NCBI RefSeq assembly: GCF_963921235.1
Contig: NC_086097.1
Coordinates: forward strand, 199,332,001-199,396,000
Direction of reading: 5' to 3'
Length of the DNA stretch: 64,000 bases
Source: Mobula hypostoma
Lineage: Eukaryota
Position numbers and translations under genes: made by a program. Within the stretch, counting starts at the first letter, position 1. Every line of letters begins with the position of its first letter. The notes beneath the pieces were generated by a model. The model did no database searches. It saw only the letters and a list, made by a program, of their open reading frames with translations, and was not told the DNA's origin. This document shows positions 38,375 to 49,609 of this stretch, piece after piece.

Positions 38375-40445
38375 TAGAAACATAGGAACATAGAAAACCT
38401 ACAGCACAATACAGGCCCTTCGTCCCACAAAGTTGTGCCGAACATGTCCCTACCTTAGAAATTACTCGGCTTACCCATAGCCCCCTATTTTTCTAAGCTA
38501 CATGTACCTATCGTATCTGCCTCCACCACCATTGCCGGCAGCCCATTCCACGCACTCACCACTCTGAGTAAAAACTTATCCCTTACATCTCTTCTGTACC
38601 TAATCCCCAGCACCTTAAACCTGTGTCCTCTTCTGGCAACAATTTCAGCCCTGGGAAAAAGCCTCTGACTATCCACACGATCAATGCCTCTCATCATCTT
38701 ATTCACTTCTATCAGGTCACCTCTCATCCTCCGTCACTCCAAGGAGAAAAGGCTGAGTTCACTCAACCTATTCTCATAAGGCATGCTCCCCAATCCAGGC
38801 AACATCCTTGTAAATCTCCTCTGCACCCTTTCTATAGTTTCCACATCCTTCCTCTAGTGAGGCGACCAGAACTGAACACAGTACTCCAAATGGGGTCTGA
38901 CCAGGGTCCTATATAGCTCCAACATTACCTCTCTGCTCCTAAATTCAATTCCACGATTGATGAAGTCCAATACTCCATATGCCTTCTTAACCACAGAGTC
39001 AATCTGCGCAGCCCTATGGACTCGGACCCCAAGATCCCTCTGATACTCCACACTGCCAAGAGTCTTATCATTAATGCTATATTCTGTCATCATATTTGAC
39101 CTACCAAAATGAACCACTTCACACTTATCTGGGTTGAACTCCATCTGCCACTTCTCAGCCCAGTTTTGCATCCTATCAATGACCTGCTGTAACCTCTGAC
39201 AGCCCTCCACACTATTCACACACTTCCAACCTTTGTGTCATCAGCAAATTTACTAACCCATCACCCCACTTCCTCATCCAGGTTACTTATAAAAATCACT
39301 AGGAGTAAGGGTCCCAGAACAGGTCCCTGAGGCACACCACTGGTCACCAGCCTCCATGAAGAATATGACCTGTCTACAACCACTCTTTGCCTTCTGTGGG
39401 CAAGCCAGTTCTGGATCCACAAAGCAATGTCCCCTCGGATCCCATGCCTCCTTACTTTCTCAATAAGCCTTGCATGGGGTACCTTATCAAATGCCTTGCT
39501 GAAATCCATATACCCTACATCTACTGCTCTTCCTTCATCAATGTGTTTAGTCACATCCTCAAAAAAATTCAATCAGGCTCGTAAGGCACGACCTGCTCTT
39601 GACAAAGCCATGCTGACTATTCCTAATCATATTATACCTCTCCAAATGTTCATAAATCCTGCCTCTCAGGATCTTCTCCATCAACTTACCAACCACTGAG
39701 GTACGACTCACTGGTCCATAATTTCCTAGGCTATCTCTACTCCCTTTCTTGAATAAAGAAACAACATCCGCAACCCTCCAATCATTCGAAATCTCTCCCG
39801 TCCCCATTGATCATCACCAGAGACTCAGCAATCTCCTCCCTTGCCTCCCACAGTAGCCTGGGGTACATCTCATCCGGTCCCAGCGTCTTATCCAGCTTGA
39901 TGCTTTCCAAAAGCTCCAGCACATCCTCTCTCTTAATATCTACATGCTCAAGCTTTTCAGTCTGCTGCAAGTCATCACTACAATAACCAAGATCCTTTTC
40001 CATAGTGAATACTGAAGTTAAGTATTCATAAATACCTCTACTATTTCCTCTGGTTCCATACATACTTTCCCACTGTCACACTTGATAGGTCCTATTCTTC
40101 CATGTCTTATCCTCTTGCTCTTCACATACTTGTAGAATGCCTTGGGGTTTTCCTTAATCTTGCCCGCCATGGCCTTCTCATGGCCCCTTCTGGCTTTCCT
40201 AATTTCCTTCTTAAGCTCCTTCCTGTTAACATAATCTTCTAGATCTCTAATATTATCTAGCTCTCTGAACCTTTTGTAACCTTTTCTTTTCTTCTTGACT
40301 AGATTTATTACAACATTTGTACACCACGATTCTTGTACCTTACCATAACTTCCCTGTCTCATTGGAACGTACCTATGCAGAACTCCACACAAATATCCCC
40401 TGAACATTTGCCACATTTCTTCCGTACTTTTCCCTGAGAACATCT
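38375..40445 (-). mobile_element. CR1 LINE, 5'-truncated (family B)
   Basis: Fragmented ORFs: [31 protein letters not shown]; (ATAGAAAC)n tail on +. Confidence 0.95.
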
Positions 40446-41555
40446 CAAAATGCCACTATTCAGCCTGCTGGGTCCATTACCTAGTGGGGTCCTTCTGTCA
40501 CAATGTCTGCTGGCAATGTTGGAACCCAAGTGCAAAGGAAAGATTTTGATGTGGAGATGGCAACCAGATTTTATTCATAAGAATTCCAACAGTATGTTGG
40601 TAGCTTGGCCAAGCGACACCGCAAGCTATAACTAGGATCCCATAATTATTGCTAATTGGACGCCACTTAAATAAATCCTGAACCTATCAAAATAAACTTA
40701 AGAAGTTTAAACAGAAAGAACCCGAAGACCACATTATAAAGAGCAAGTCGCTCAAGAAAATCACCAGGAAATCTAAGCAATTAATGACTCTCATTAAAGA
40801 GTAACTCAGGTGCTCTAAAAACCTTACAACCCAACTCACTCCAGCTTCCTGCAAGTCTCTGATAATGGATGTTTGTGAAGGTGTCAGGAGAAATTGCATG
40901 ACAATATTTTTTAATAGGAAAGAATGGTAAGTGCCTGGAACATGCTTATAGGGGGAGATAGTTGAAGCAGATAAGAGGCATGAGACATACCACGAACAGG
41001 TAGGGAATGGAGGGATATAGAACATGTGCAGGAAAGATGGGATTATTTTAATTGGATATCACCGCCAGCATAGGGTCAAAGACTGTAAAACCAAATGGTT
41101 TACTCCTGTGCTGAATAATCTGCTGAATATTTCTTGCATTTTCAGTTTTTACTTCCAATTTTCAGCATCTGCAGTTTTTTAAAATTTTCTTTTACAGCAC
41201 TCTGCTTTTTCATGATTAATGTTGTTGAGCCCAGTTCCTTTTCACTGGAATTCAAATTCCCCAGCCACATCATGCTAGGATGCTAATTTATGCCCAGAGT
41301 GATAGTTGCTACTGCAGTGATACACTGGTATGCTGCTGTACCAGTTCTGTCAATTAGATGGCGAGAGCAGTTGGCACTCCTGCCAGGAAAGCATTCAAAG
41401 TAATTCAGCGTAAGTTCAACCCCATGCTCGTCTGGAATCAGCACTTCTTATATTCAAACTTTAGTCATCATAGGACTACTCTCGCCACAGCACAACATGC
41501 TATCACTGGCAGGGAGGATATTTCATCAGTTTAATATAAAAAGGTTTATGTATAG

Positions 41556-42416
41556 TGTTACGTACCCCGTAACTGGGTTGCCAAACCAGCAGAAATGGAT
41601 CACTCAGTTGGAGTCTGGAGTACTAGAACTAAGAAAGTTTTATTAAAGAAACAAGCAAAACAGTAAACGAAAGGATAATAAATGCAACAGTTCAACAATG
41701 ATAACCACACATGTGCACAGAATTAAGATAACAGCATCAATCAAGCTCTATCGTTGTCTAGGGGTAAATGACCAAATTTCAAAATGACTCAAAGTTCAGT
41801 CCAGTTCGTAGTTCAGTTCGCAGTAATCGTTGCTATGGCGATGGACAAGGTGGGGGAAGAGAGAGAGAGAGAACAGGAACAACTCATCATTCAGAACGGC
41901 TTCACTCACAGACCGGCGAGATTGCTCACAAGCAACTTTTGGGCGGGTCCTTGGTGATGTCACCTGAGGTCACCGGCTGTGACCCCTCCTCCAGATGCGG
42001 TCGATCCTCTGCAGTGAACCCGGCACCCAGGCAAGGGCGGACACACACCGGGTTCCCGCTGATCGTACCTTTCCACCCTGGTCGTTGTCTGATACTTCTC
42101 ACCCACTCGTGAGAGGCGCACCACTTCCAGGGTCTCGTTACCTCGGGTGGCGTGTGTCCTGCCTTAGCGAACCTGTCCCTTTTTATCCCCCTGCTGGGGT
42201 ATCGCCTGTCCATCACTTCAAACAGTTCAAGGTTCAAAGAGGGGAGCCGCTCCAGACAGCTCTCTCTCCCACATTCCTTCATTACACATCTCCAGACGCT
42301 GCTCCATTGTTCCTTATCTCTCCTTCCCCTGAGGGCAGGTGGCAGACCACTTGCTGATGTCACTGATGCTAACCCAGGCCAGCAAACATCTTAATTTTAT
42401 GTGTATTCTCGTCACA
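41556..42416 (-). mobile_element. Solo LTR related to the Gmr1-type element
   Basis: TGTTACG...CGTCACA ends; TSD ATAG (41552-41555, 42417-42420); aligns with 3588-4112 and 1-230. Confidence 0.93.
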
Positions 42417-42534
42417 ATAGTTTTCAAGCCAGAAACATATCTGTTATTTTTGCATGCTGTTTGCCTCTTGTACATTTTTTTGCAATGTTGCATCACACTG
42501 TGATCCTTCAGTTTAATAGTTGATGAAGAAAACC

Positions 42535-43220
42535 AGAATCAGAATCAGGTTCACTATCACTGGCATAGGTCATGAAATTTGCTGGTAAATTAAATATAAA
42601 GTGCAAAAGGAAAGCAAGAATACAATATTGAGGTTGTGTGCATGGTTTCATTGTCTATTCAGAAATCTGTTAGCAGAGGGGAAGAATCTGTTCCTAAAGT
42701 GTTGAGTGTGCATTTTCATGCTCCTGTATCACCCCCTTGATATTAGCATTGAGAAAAAAGCATGTCCTGGGCAATGGGGGACCTTAATGATGGATGCTAC
42801 CTGTTTGAGGCATTGCCTTTTGACAATGTCCTCAATTCTGGGGAGACTAGTGCCCATGATGGAGCTGGCTGAGTACACAAATTTCTGCTGCTTATTCTGA
42901 TTTTGTGAAATTGCCCCTCCGTGCCAGATGACGATGCAACCAGTTAGGATAATCTCCACAGATATCTGTAGAAATTTGCAAATATCATTGGTGACATACT
43001 AGTCTCCTCAAACTCTGAATGAAATATAGTCACTGTCAAGCCTTCCTTGTAATTGCATCAATATGTTGGGATCTCCAGAAATGTTCGTATCCAGGAAGTT
43101 GAAACTGCTCACATTTTTTACTGCTGATTTCTTAATGAGGTCTGGTGTGTGTTCACTTGGCCTCCCCCTCCTGATGTCCGCAATCAATTTCTTGGTCTTA
43201 CTGACATTGAGTGCAAGGCA
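42535..43220 (-). mobile_element. Rex1/Babar-like LINE 3' fragment
   Basis: ILTGCIVIWHG...ASIIKVPHCPGHAFF; (AGAATC)n tail on +. Confidence 0.8.
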
Positions 43221-43529
43221 CTCCTTGTTTGTTGATAATTATTGATTCTGTTCACATGTTCACATTAATTTGATTATTGATGTTTGCACGTGTGACTGTT
43301 CTGCTAACTGTTGATCTTCTTGGTATTCATCACTGGTGCTGTGGTCTTTAGTCTTGCGTATACACTAGGAATAGATGTACAGCCAAGTGATTGGACTTTA
43401 AAAAGTGTGGGCATTGGATGGCACAGTAAGTGTCCTCGATGTAACAGTGGTCACATGTATTGGCGACTCTGGTTGCAGAGGTGCTATGTTGGTGGTAATT
43501 GTTCAGAGACTTCTTCGAGTTGGCCTTGA

Positions 43530-44130
43530 TGTCACAGGATTTAGATGTTTCCTAAGGGACATGGAGTGGGGTAAAAGAGGTTAAAAAAAGGTGGGATGGT
43601 ATTGCTAATGAGGGATAGAATCAGAGCTGCAGAAAGGAAGGACGTTTTGGAGGAATTGTCTACTGCAGTTGAAGAAACAAGAGGAGACCAATCAATATAT
43701 TGGGAGTATTCTGTCGACCCCCACCCAAAAGCAACAAAGACACCAAGGAACAGATTGGGTTGCAGTTTTTGGCAAGGTGCAAAAGTTACAGGGTTGTTAT
43801 CATGAGTGACTTCAGCCTTCTCAGTGCAAAAGGTTTAGATGGGATGGAAATTATGAGGTGTGTTCGGGAAGGATTCCTGACACAATATATAGACAGGCCT
43901 ACAAGAGAAGAGGCCATATTGGTGATCTGGTGTTAGGTAATGAACTAGATCAGTTGTCAAATCTTTCAGCGGATGAGCATTTTGTAGACAGTGAACTCAA
44001 CTCTCTGACTTTTACCATAGTCTTGGACAGCATAGAAGCAGAGAGTATGGGAAAAGAGAAATTATGCTATTAGGCAGGAAATTGGGAGTGTAAATTGGGA
44101 ACAGATGTAATCAGAGAAATGCACAATGAA
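43530..44130 (+). mobile_element. Old CR1 endonuclease-region remnant
   Basis: GVFCRPP, VVIMSDF and FLTQYIDRPTREEAI motifs. Confidence 0.75.
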
Positions 44131-44169
44131 TACTTCTGGTCAGAACAGGATTTAAAATTGAGCTGTTAC

Positions 44170-47100
44170 AGATATGAATGATGCTGGAGAGGTAGTAATG
44201 GGGGACAAGGGAATGGCGGATGAACTGAATCAGTATTTTGCATCAGTCTTCACTGTGGAAGACACTACCAGTATGGTGGAAGTTCCAGATGTCAGAGGTC
44301 ATGAGGTCATGAGGTGTGTGAAGGTACCATTACTAGAAAGAAGGTTCTTGGGAAACTGAAAGGTCTGAAAGTAGATAAGTCACCTGGACCAGATAGTGTA
44401 CACCCCAGAGTTCTGAAAGAGGCAGCTGAAGAGATCGTGGAAGTACTAGTAATGATATTACAAGAACCACTAGATTCTGGAATGGTTCCGGAAGACTGGA
44501 AAATTGCAAATGTCACTCCACTCTTCAAGAAGAGAGAGAGGCAGTAGAAAGGAAACTAGAGGCTAGTTAGTCTGACCTCAGCGGTTGGGAAGATGGTGCA
44601 GTCAAATATAAGGATGCTGTCTCAAGGTACTTGGAGGTATATGATAAAATAGTCCATGGTCAAGGATGCATGTCTCTGGGAGCTGAACGTCCAAGGATAC
44701 ATAGTGTATCGGAAGGATAGGCAGGTAGGCAGAGGGGGTGGTGTGTCTTTATTGGTAAGAAATTATATTAAATCATTAGAAAGAGGTGACATAGAATCAG
44801 AAGGTGCAGAATATCTATGGGTTGAGCTAAGAAATCGCAGGGGTAAAAGGACCCTGATGGCAGTTATATACAGGCCTCCAAACAGCTGCAGTGCTGTGGA
44901 CTACAAATTGCAACAGGAAATAGAAAAGGCTTGTCAGAAGGGCAGTGTTATAGTAATTGTGGGGGATTTTAACATGCAAGTGGATTGGGAAAATCAGGTT
45001 GGCACTAGATCTCAAGACAGAGAATTTGTAGAATGTCTGCGAGATGGCTTTTTAGAACAGCTTGTTATTGAGCCCACTAGGGGATTGGCTGTACTGGATT
45101 GGGTATTGTGTAATGAACCAGAGGTGATTAGAGAGATTGAGGTGAAGGAACCCTTAGGAGGCAGTCATCATAACATGATTGAGTTCACTGTAAAATTTGA
45201 AAAAGAGAAGCCGAAATTCGATGTGGTCAGTATTTCAGTGGAGTAAAGGAAATTACAGTGGCATGAAAGAGGAACTGGCCAAAGTTGACTGGAAAGGGAC
45301 ACTAACGGGAAGGACGGCAGAGCAGCATTGGCTGGAGTTTATGCGAGAAGTGAGGAAGGTGCAAGACAGGTACATTCCAAAAATGAAGAAATTTTCGAAT
45401 GGAAAAAGGATACAATCATGGCTGACAAGAGAAGTCAAAGCCAAAGTTAAAGCAAAGGAGAGGGCATACAAGGAAGCAAAAATTAGTGGGAAGACAGAGG
45501 ATTGGAAAGTTTTTAAAAGCTTACAAAAGGAAACTAAGAAGGTCACTAAGAGGGAAAAGATGAAAAATGAAAGAAAGCTAGCAAATAATATCAAAGAGGA
45601 TACTAAAAGCTTTTTCAAATATACAAAGAGTAAAAGACAGGTAAAAGTAGATGTAGGCCCAATAGAAGATGATGCTGGAGAAATTGTAATGGAGATAAGG
45701 AGATGGCAGAGGAACTGAATGAGTATTTTGCATCAGTCTTCACTGAGGAAGAGATCAGCAGTATACTGGACACTCAAGGGTGGCAGGAAAGTGAAGTGTG
45801 TGCAGTCACAAGTACGACAGAGGAAGTACTCAGGAAGCTGAATAGTCTAAGGGTAGATAAATCTCCTGGACCAGATGGAATGCACCCTCGTGTTCCGAAG
45901 GAAGTAGCTGTGGAGATTGCGGAGGCATTATCAATGATCTTTCAGAAGTCAATAGATTCTGGCATGGTTCCGGAGGACTGGAAGATTGCAAATGTCACTC
46001 CGCTATTTAAGATGGGAGCAAGGAAGCAAAAAGGAAATTATAGACCTGTTAGCTTGACATCGGTGGTTGGGGAGTTGTTGGAGTCGATTGTCAAGGATGG
46101 GGTTACGGAGTACCTGGAGGCATATGACAAGATAGGCAGAACTCAGCATGGATTCCTTAAAGGAAAATCCTACCTGACAAACCTATTGCAATTTTTTGAG
46201 GAAATTACCAGTAGGCTAGACAAAGAAGATGCAGTGGATGTTGTAAATTTGGATTTTCAGAAGGCCTTTGACAAGTTGCCACACATGAGGCTGCTTAACA
46301 AGATAAGAGCCCATGGTATTATGGGAAAGTTACATATGTGGATAGAGCGTTGGCTGATTGGCAGGAAACAGAGAGTGGGAATAAAGGGATCCTATTCTGG
46401 TTGGCTGCCGGTTACCACAGTGTTGCCAGTGTTGTTCCACAGGTCTGTGTTGGGGCCGCTTCTTTTTATGTTGTACATCAACGATTTGGATTATGGAATA
46501 GATGGCTTTGTGGCTAAGTTTGCTGATGATACAAAAACAGGTGGAGGGGCCAGTAGTGCTGAGGAAACAGAGAGTCTACAGAGAGACTTGGATAGATTGG
46601 AAGAATGGGCAAAGAAGTGTCAAATGAACTACAATGTTAGAAAGCGTATGGTTATGCACTTTGGTAGAAGAAATAAACAGGCAGACTATTATTTAAATTG
46701 AGAGAGAATTCAAAGTTCTGAGATGCAACAGGACTTGGGAGTCCTCGTGCAGGATATCCTTAAGGTTAATCTCCAGGTTGATTCGGCGGTGAAGAAGGTG
46801 AATACAATGTTGGCATTTATTTCTAGAGGAATAGAGTATAGGAGCAGGGATGTGAGGTTGAGGCTCTATAAGGCGCTGGTGAGACCTCACTTGGAGTACT
46901 GTGGGCCGTTTTGGGCTCCTTATTTAAGAAAGGATGTGCTGATGTTGGAGAGGGTACGGAGAAGATTCACTAGAATGATTCTGGGAATGAGAGGGTTAAT
47001 GTATGAGGACCATTTGTCCACTCTTGGATTGTACTCCTTGGAGTTTAGAATAATGAGGGGGGACCTCATAGAAACATTTTGAATGTTGAAAGGCATGGAC

Positions 47101-48300
47101 AGAGTGGATGTGGCAAAATTGTTTCCCATGATGGGGGAGTCTAGTACAAGAGGGCATAACTTAAGGATTGAAGGGCGCCCATTCAGAACAGAGATGCAAA
47201 GAAATTTTTTTAGCAATGGGGTGGTGAATTTGTTGCCACGGGGAGCAGTGGAAACCATGTCAGTGGGTGAGATTGATAGGTATCTGATTAGCCAGGGCAT
47301 CAAAGGCTATGGTGAGAAGGCGGGGGATTGGGACTAAATGGGAGAATGGATCAGCTCATGATAAAGTGGCGGAGCAGACTTGATGGGCCAAATGGCTGAC
47401 TTCTGCTCCTTTGTCTTATGGTCTTATGGTCTTATGGTTTCCTTGAGAGAAAATGTTGCCTGACAAATCTGTTGGAATTCTTTGAAGAAATAACAATCAG
47501 GATAGACAAAGGGGAATCAGTTCATGTTATGTATTTGAATTTTCATCTGGTCTTTGACAAGGTGCAACACATGAGACTGCTTAACAAGCTATGAGCCCAT
47601 GGTATTGCAGAAAATATTCTAGTATTGATAAAGCAATGGTTGATTGGCAGGAGGCAAAGCATAGGAATAAAGGGAAACTTTTCTGGTTTGCTGCTAGTGA
47701 CCAGTGGTGTTCCACAGAGGCCTGTGTTGGGACCAATTCTTTTTCCATAATATGTCAATGAATTGGATAATGGAATTGATGGCTTTGTTGCAAAGTTTGC
47801 AGACAATATGAAGATAGGTGCAGGGACGGGTAGTTTTGAGGAAGTAGAGAGGCTACAGAAGGAGAATGGGCAAAGAAATGCCAGATGGAATATAGTGTTG
47901 GGAAGTGTATAGTCATGCACTTTGGTAGAATACATGAAAAGGTTGACTACGTTCTAAATGGAGAAAAAATACAAAAAAAAAGTGGTGCAATGGGACTTAG
48001 GAGAGCTTGTGCATGATTCTTTATAGATTATTTTGCAGGGTGAGACTGTTGTGAAGAAGGCAAATGTGATGTTAGCATTCATTTCAAGAGGACTGTTCAT
48101 TTTTCAAGAGTCTTTATGTATATTTAAAGCAGAGGTTGATAGATTCTTGATTGGTCAGGGCACGAAGGGACACCAGGAGAAGGCAGGAGATTGGGGCTGA
48201 GAGGATAATTGAATCAGCCATGATGAAATTATGAAATGAAAACATGATGAACTGGCAGAGCAGAATCAATAGGCTAAATGGCCTAATTCTGCTCCTATAT
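44170..48300 (+). mobile_element. Older CR1 split by a younger CR1
   Basis: 44170-44660 (DKSPGPD, PEDWKIANVTPLFKK) resumes at 47439 in the QHGF/CLTNL region. Confidence 0.85.
44661..47438 (+). mobile_element. CR1 LINE (family A), endonuclease to tail, 5'-truncated
   Basis: YRKDR, IYRPP, GDFN and RT motifs over several frames; (CTTATGGT)3 tail; ATGGT at both junctions. Confidence 0.95.
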
Positions 48301-48344
48301 CCGGTCTTGGAAAGTGCCAGGCTGAATGCAGGAGGTGAGAGGAA

Positions 48345-48430
48345 TGCAGAGAGCTCCCTGTTCTTCTTCCTGCAGGAGATTGTCCAGTGCAGAGAGCTCC
48401 CTGTCCTTCTTCCTGCAGGAGATTTTCCAG
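48345..48430. repeat. 43-bp tandem duplication
   Basis: 48345-48387 vs 48388-48430 with 2 mismatches. Confidence 0.9.
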
Positions 48431-49609
48431 AGCCAGGAGACAGTGACTTCCTCTCTGGTGTCCTTGCTTCTTTGTTTGTTAAAGCTTTGTGACAATACTG
48501 TACCGTGTAGCAGCTGCAGTGGAGGCCCAGTCATCCTCCTGCTTCTGTCAGTCTCACCCTGATCCAACAGGAGATCTGGGCTGTGCCACACGGGAGCAGT
48601 TTGAAGCTTTGAAGGGACTACAGCATGCCACCAAGAAGCAGAAGCACGTCCTCATTCAGCAGCGAAATGATATTCCAAGAGATTGCTATTGTTGAACAAG
48701 ATGCTTTTCATGCTTTACTTGAAATATCCTCATAAGAAAGCAAGATATAAGATGCCACTGAAGCAATGTGGCCATCCCATCGCTAGCCACTCACCCACCC
48801 CTTTGCCCTGACCACATACCTACTCAAACTGTATGAAGGGCAGACAGCATGGAGTAGAGTGAAGATGGTTGGTACCAGGAACCTGGAATCTATCGGCAGC
48901 CTCAACTCTGTGTCTCACATTTAGAATAATAGTGGAGCAGTCTGAGGAACAACAGATCATTGCTACTTGATGTCTAGAGAGGACTCTTGGCATGCAAGTT
49001 TCGGATATCGATCTACTCCCTCATAAGGACACCAAATTAGCCCCCACCATGGCGACTTGGGCAACAAGTTCACCTGTGCTCCATGGCCAAAACTGAAGAC
49101 TGATCCTGTAATTGGCCCAGAAATGATGTCTAAAGGTCGACTATTGAGTAACGGAGTTCCTCATTGATCTCGCAGAACATCTACCAACTGCCTACCACTA
49201 ACCAAGATGAGAAATCATAACAGATGTCATGAATTTCCACTAATGAAACATGTAATTTAAAACTGTAAGGTATTGTCAAAGGTGAAAAAACACCAAGACT
49301 GAAATACCTTCTTATTTGGTGCAGGTAAATACTTAGTTGTGTTAAGATAAATCACACAGTTTCTGTTATTAACATGGCTCATCTGGTTTGATTAGCAACT
49401 GTAGGCAGGTCAATATGAAAATGCTCAAGCCAGCCCTTGACTTTGTATGGACATTTGGTGAGACTTTCCTGAAGAATTCAGAATTAGAATCCGAATCAAG
49501 TTGAATATCACCGGCATGTGTCATGAAATTTGTTGTTTTGTGATAACAGTACGGTGCAATACATAATAAAATAACTATAAATTATAATAAGAAAATATAA
49601 TATTATTTA

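Larger units (their letters stand above)
37415..40903 (-). mobile_element. Old non-autonomous LTR element (sushi/Tf1-like hallmarks) interrupted by CR1
   Basis: Diverged ~400-bp repeats at 37415-37813 and 40496-40903, both starting TGTCACA and ending ACA on +. Minus-strand PPT AGAAAGGGGGGTAC; ATGGACCCAGCA (MDPA) just inside the 5' LTR. No TSD seen. Confidence 0.7.

Noticed and set aside
37350..40828. 9-bp inverted match TGTAAGGTT / AACCTTACA as DNA-transposon ends
   Set aside because: No TSD, and the LTR-pair interpretation (37415-40903) explains the region better.
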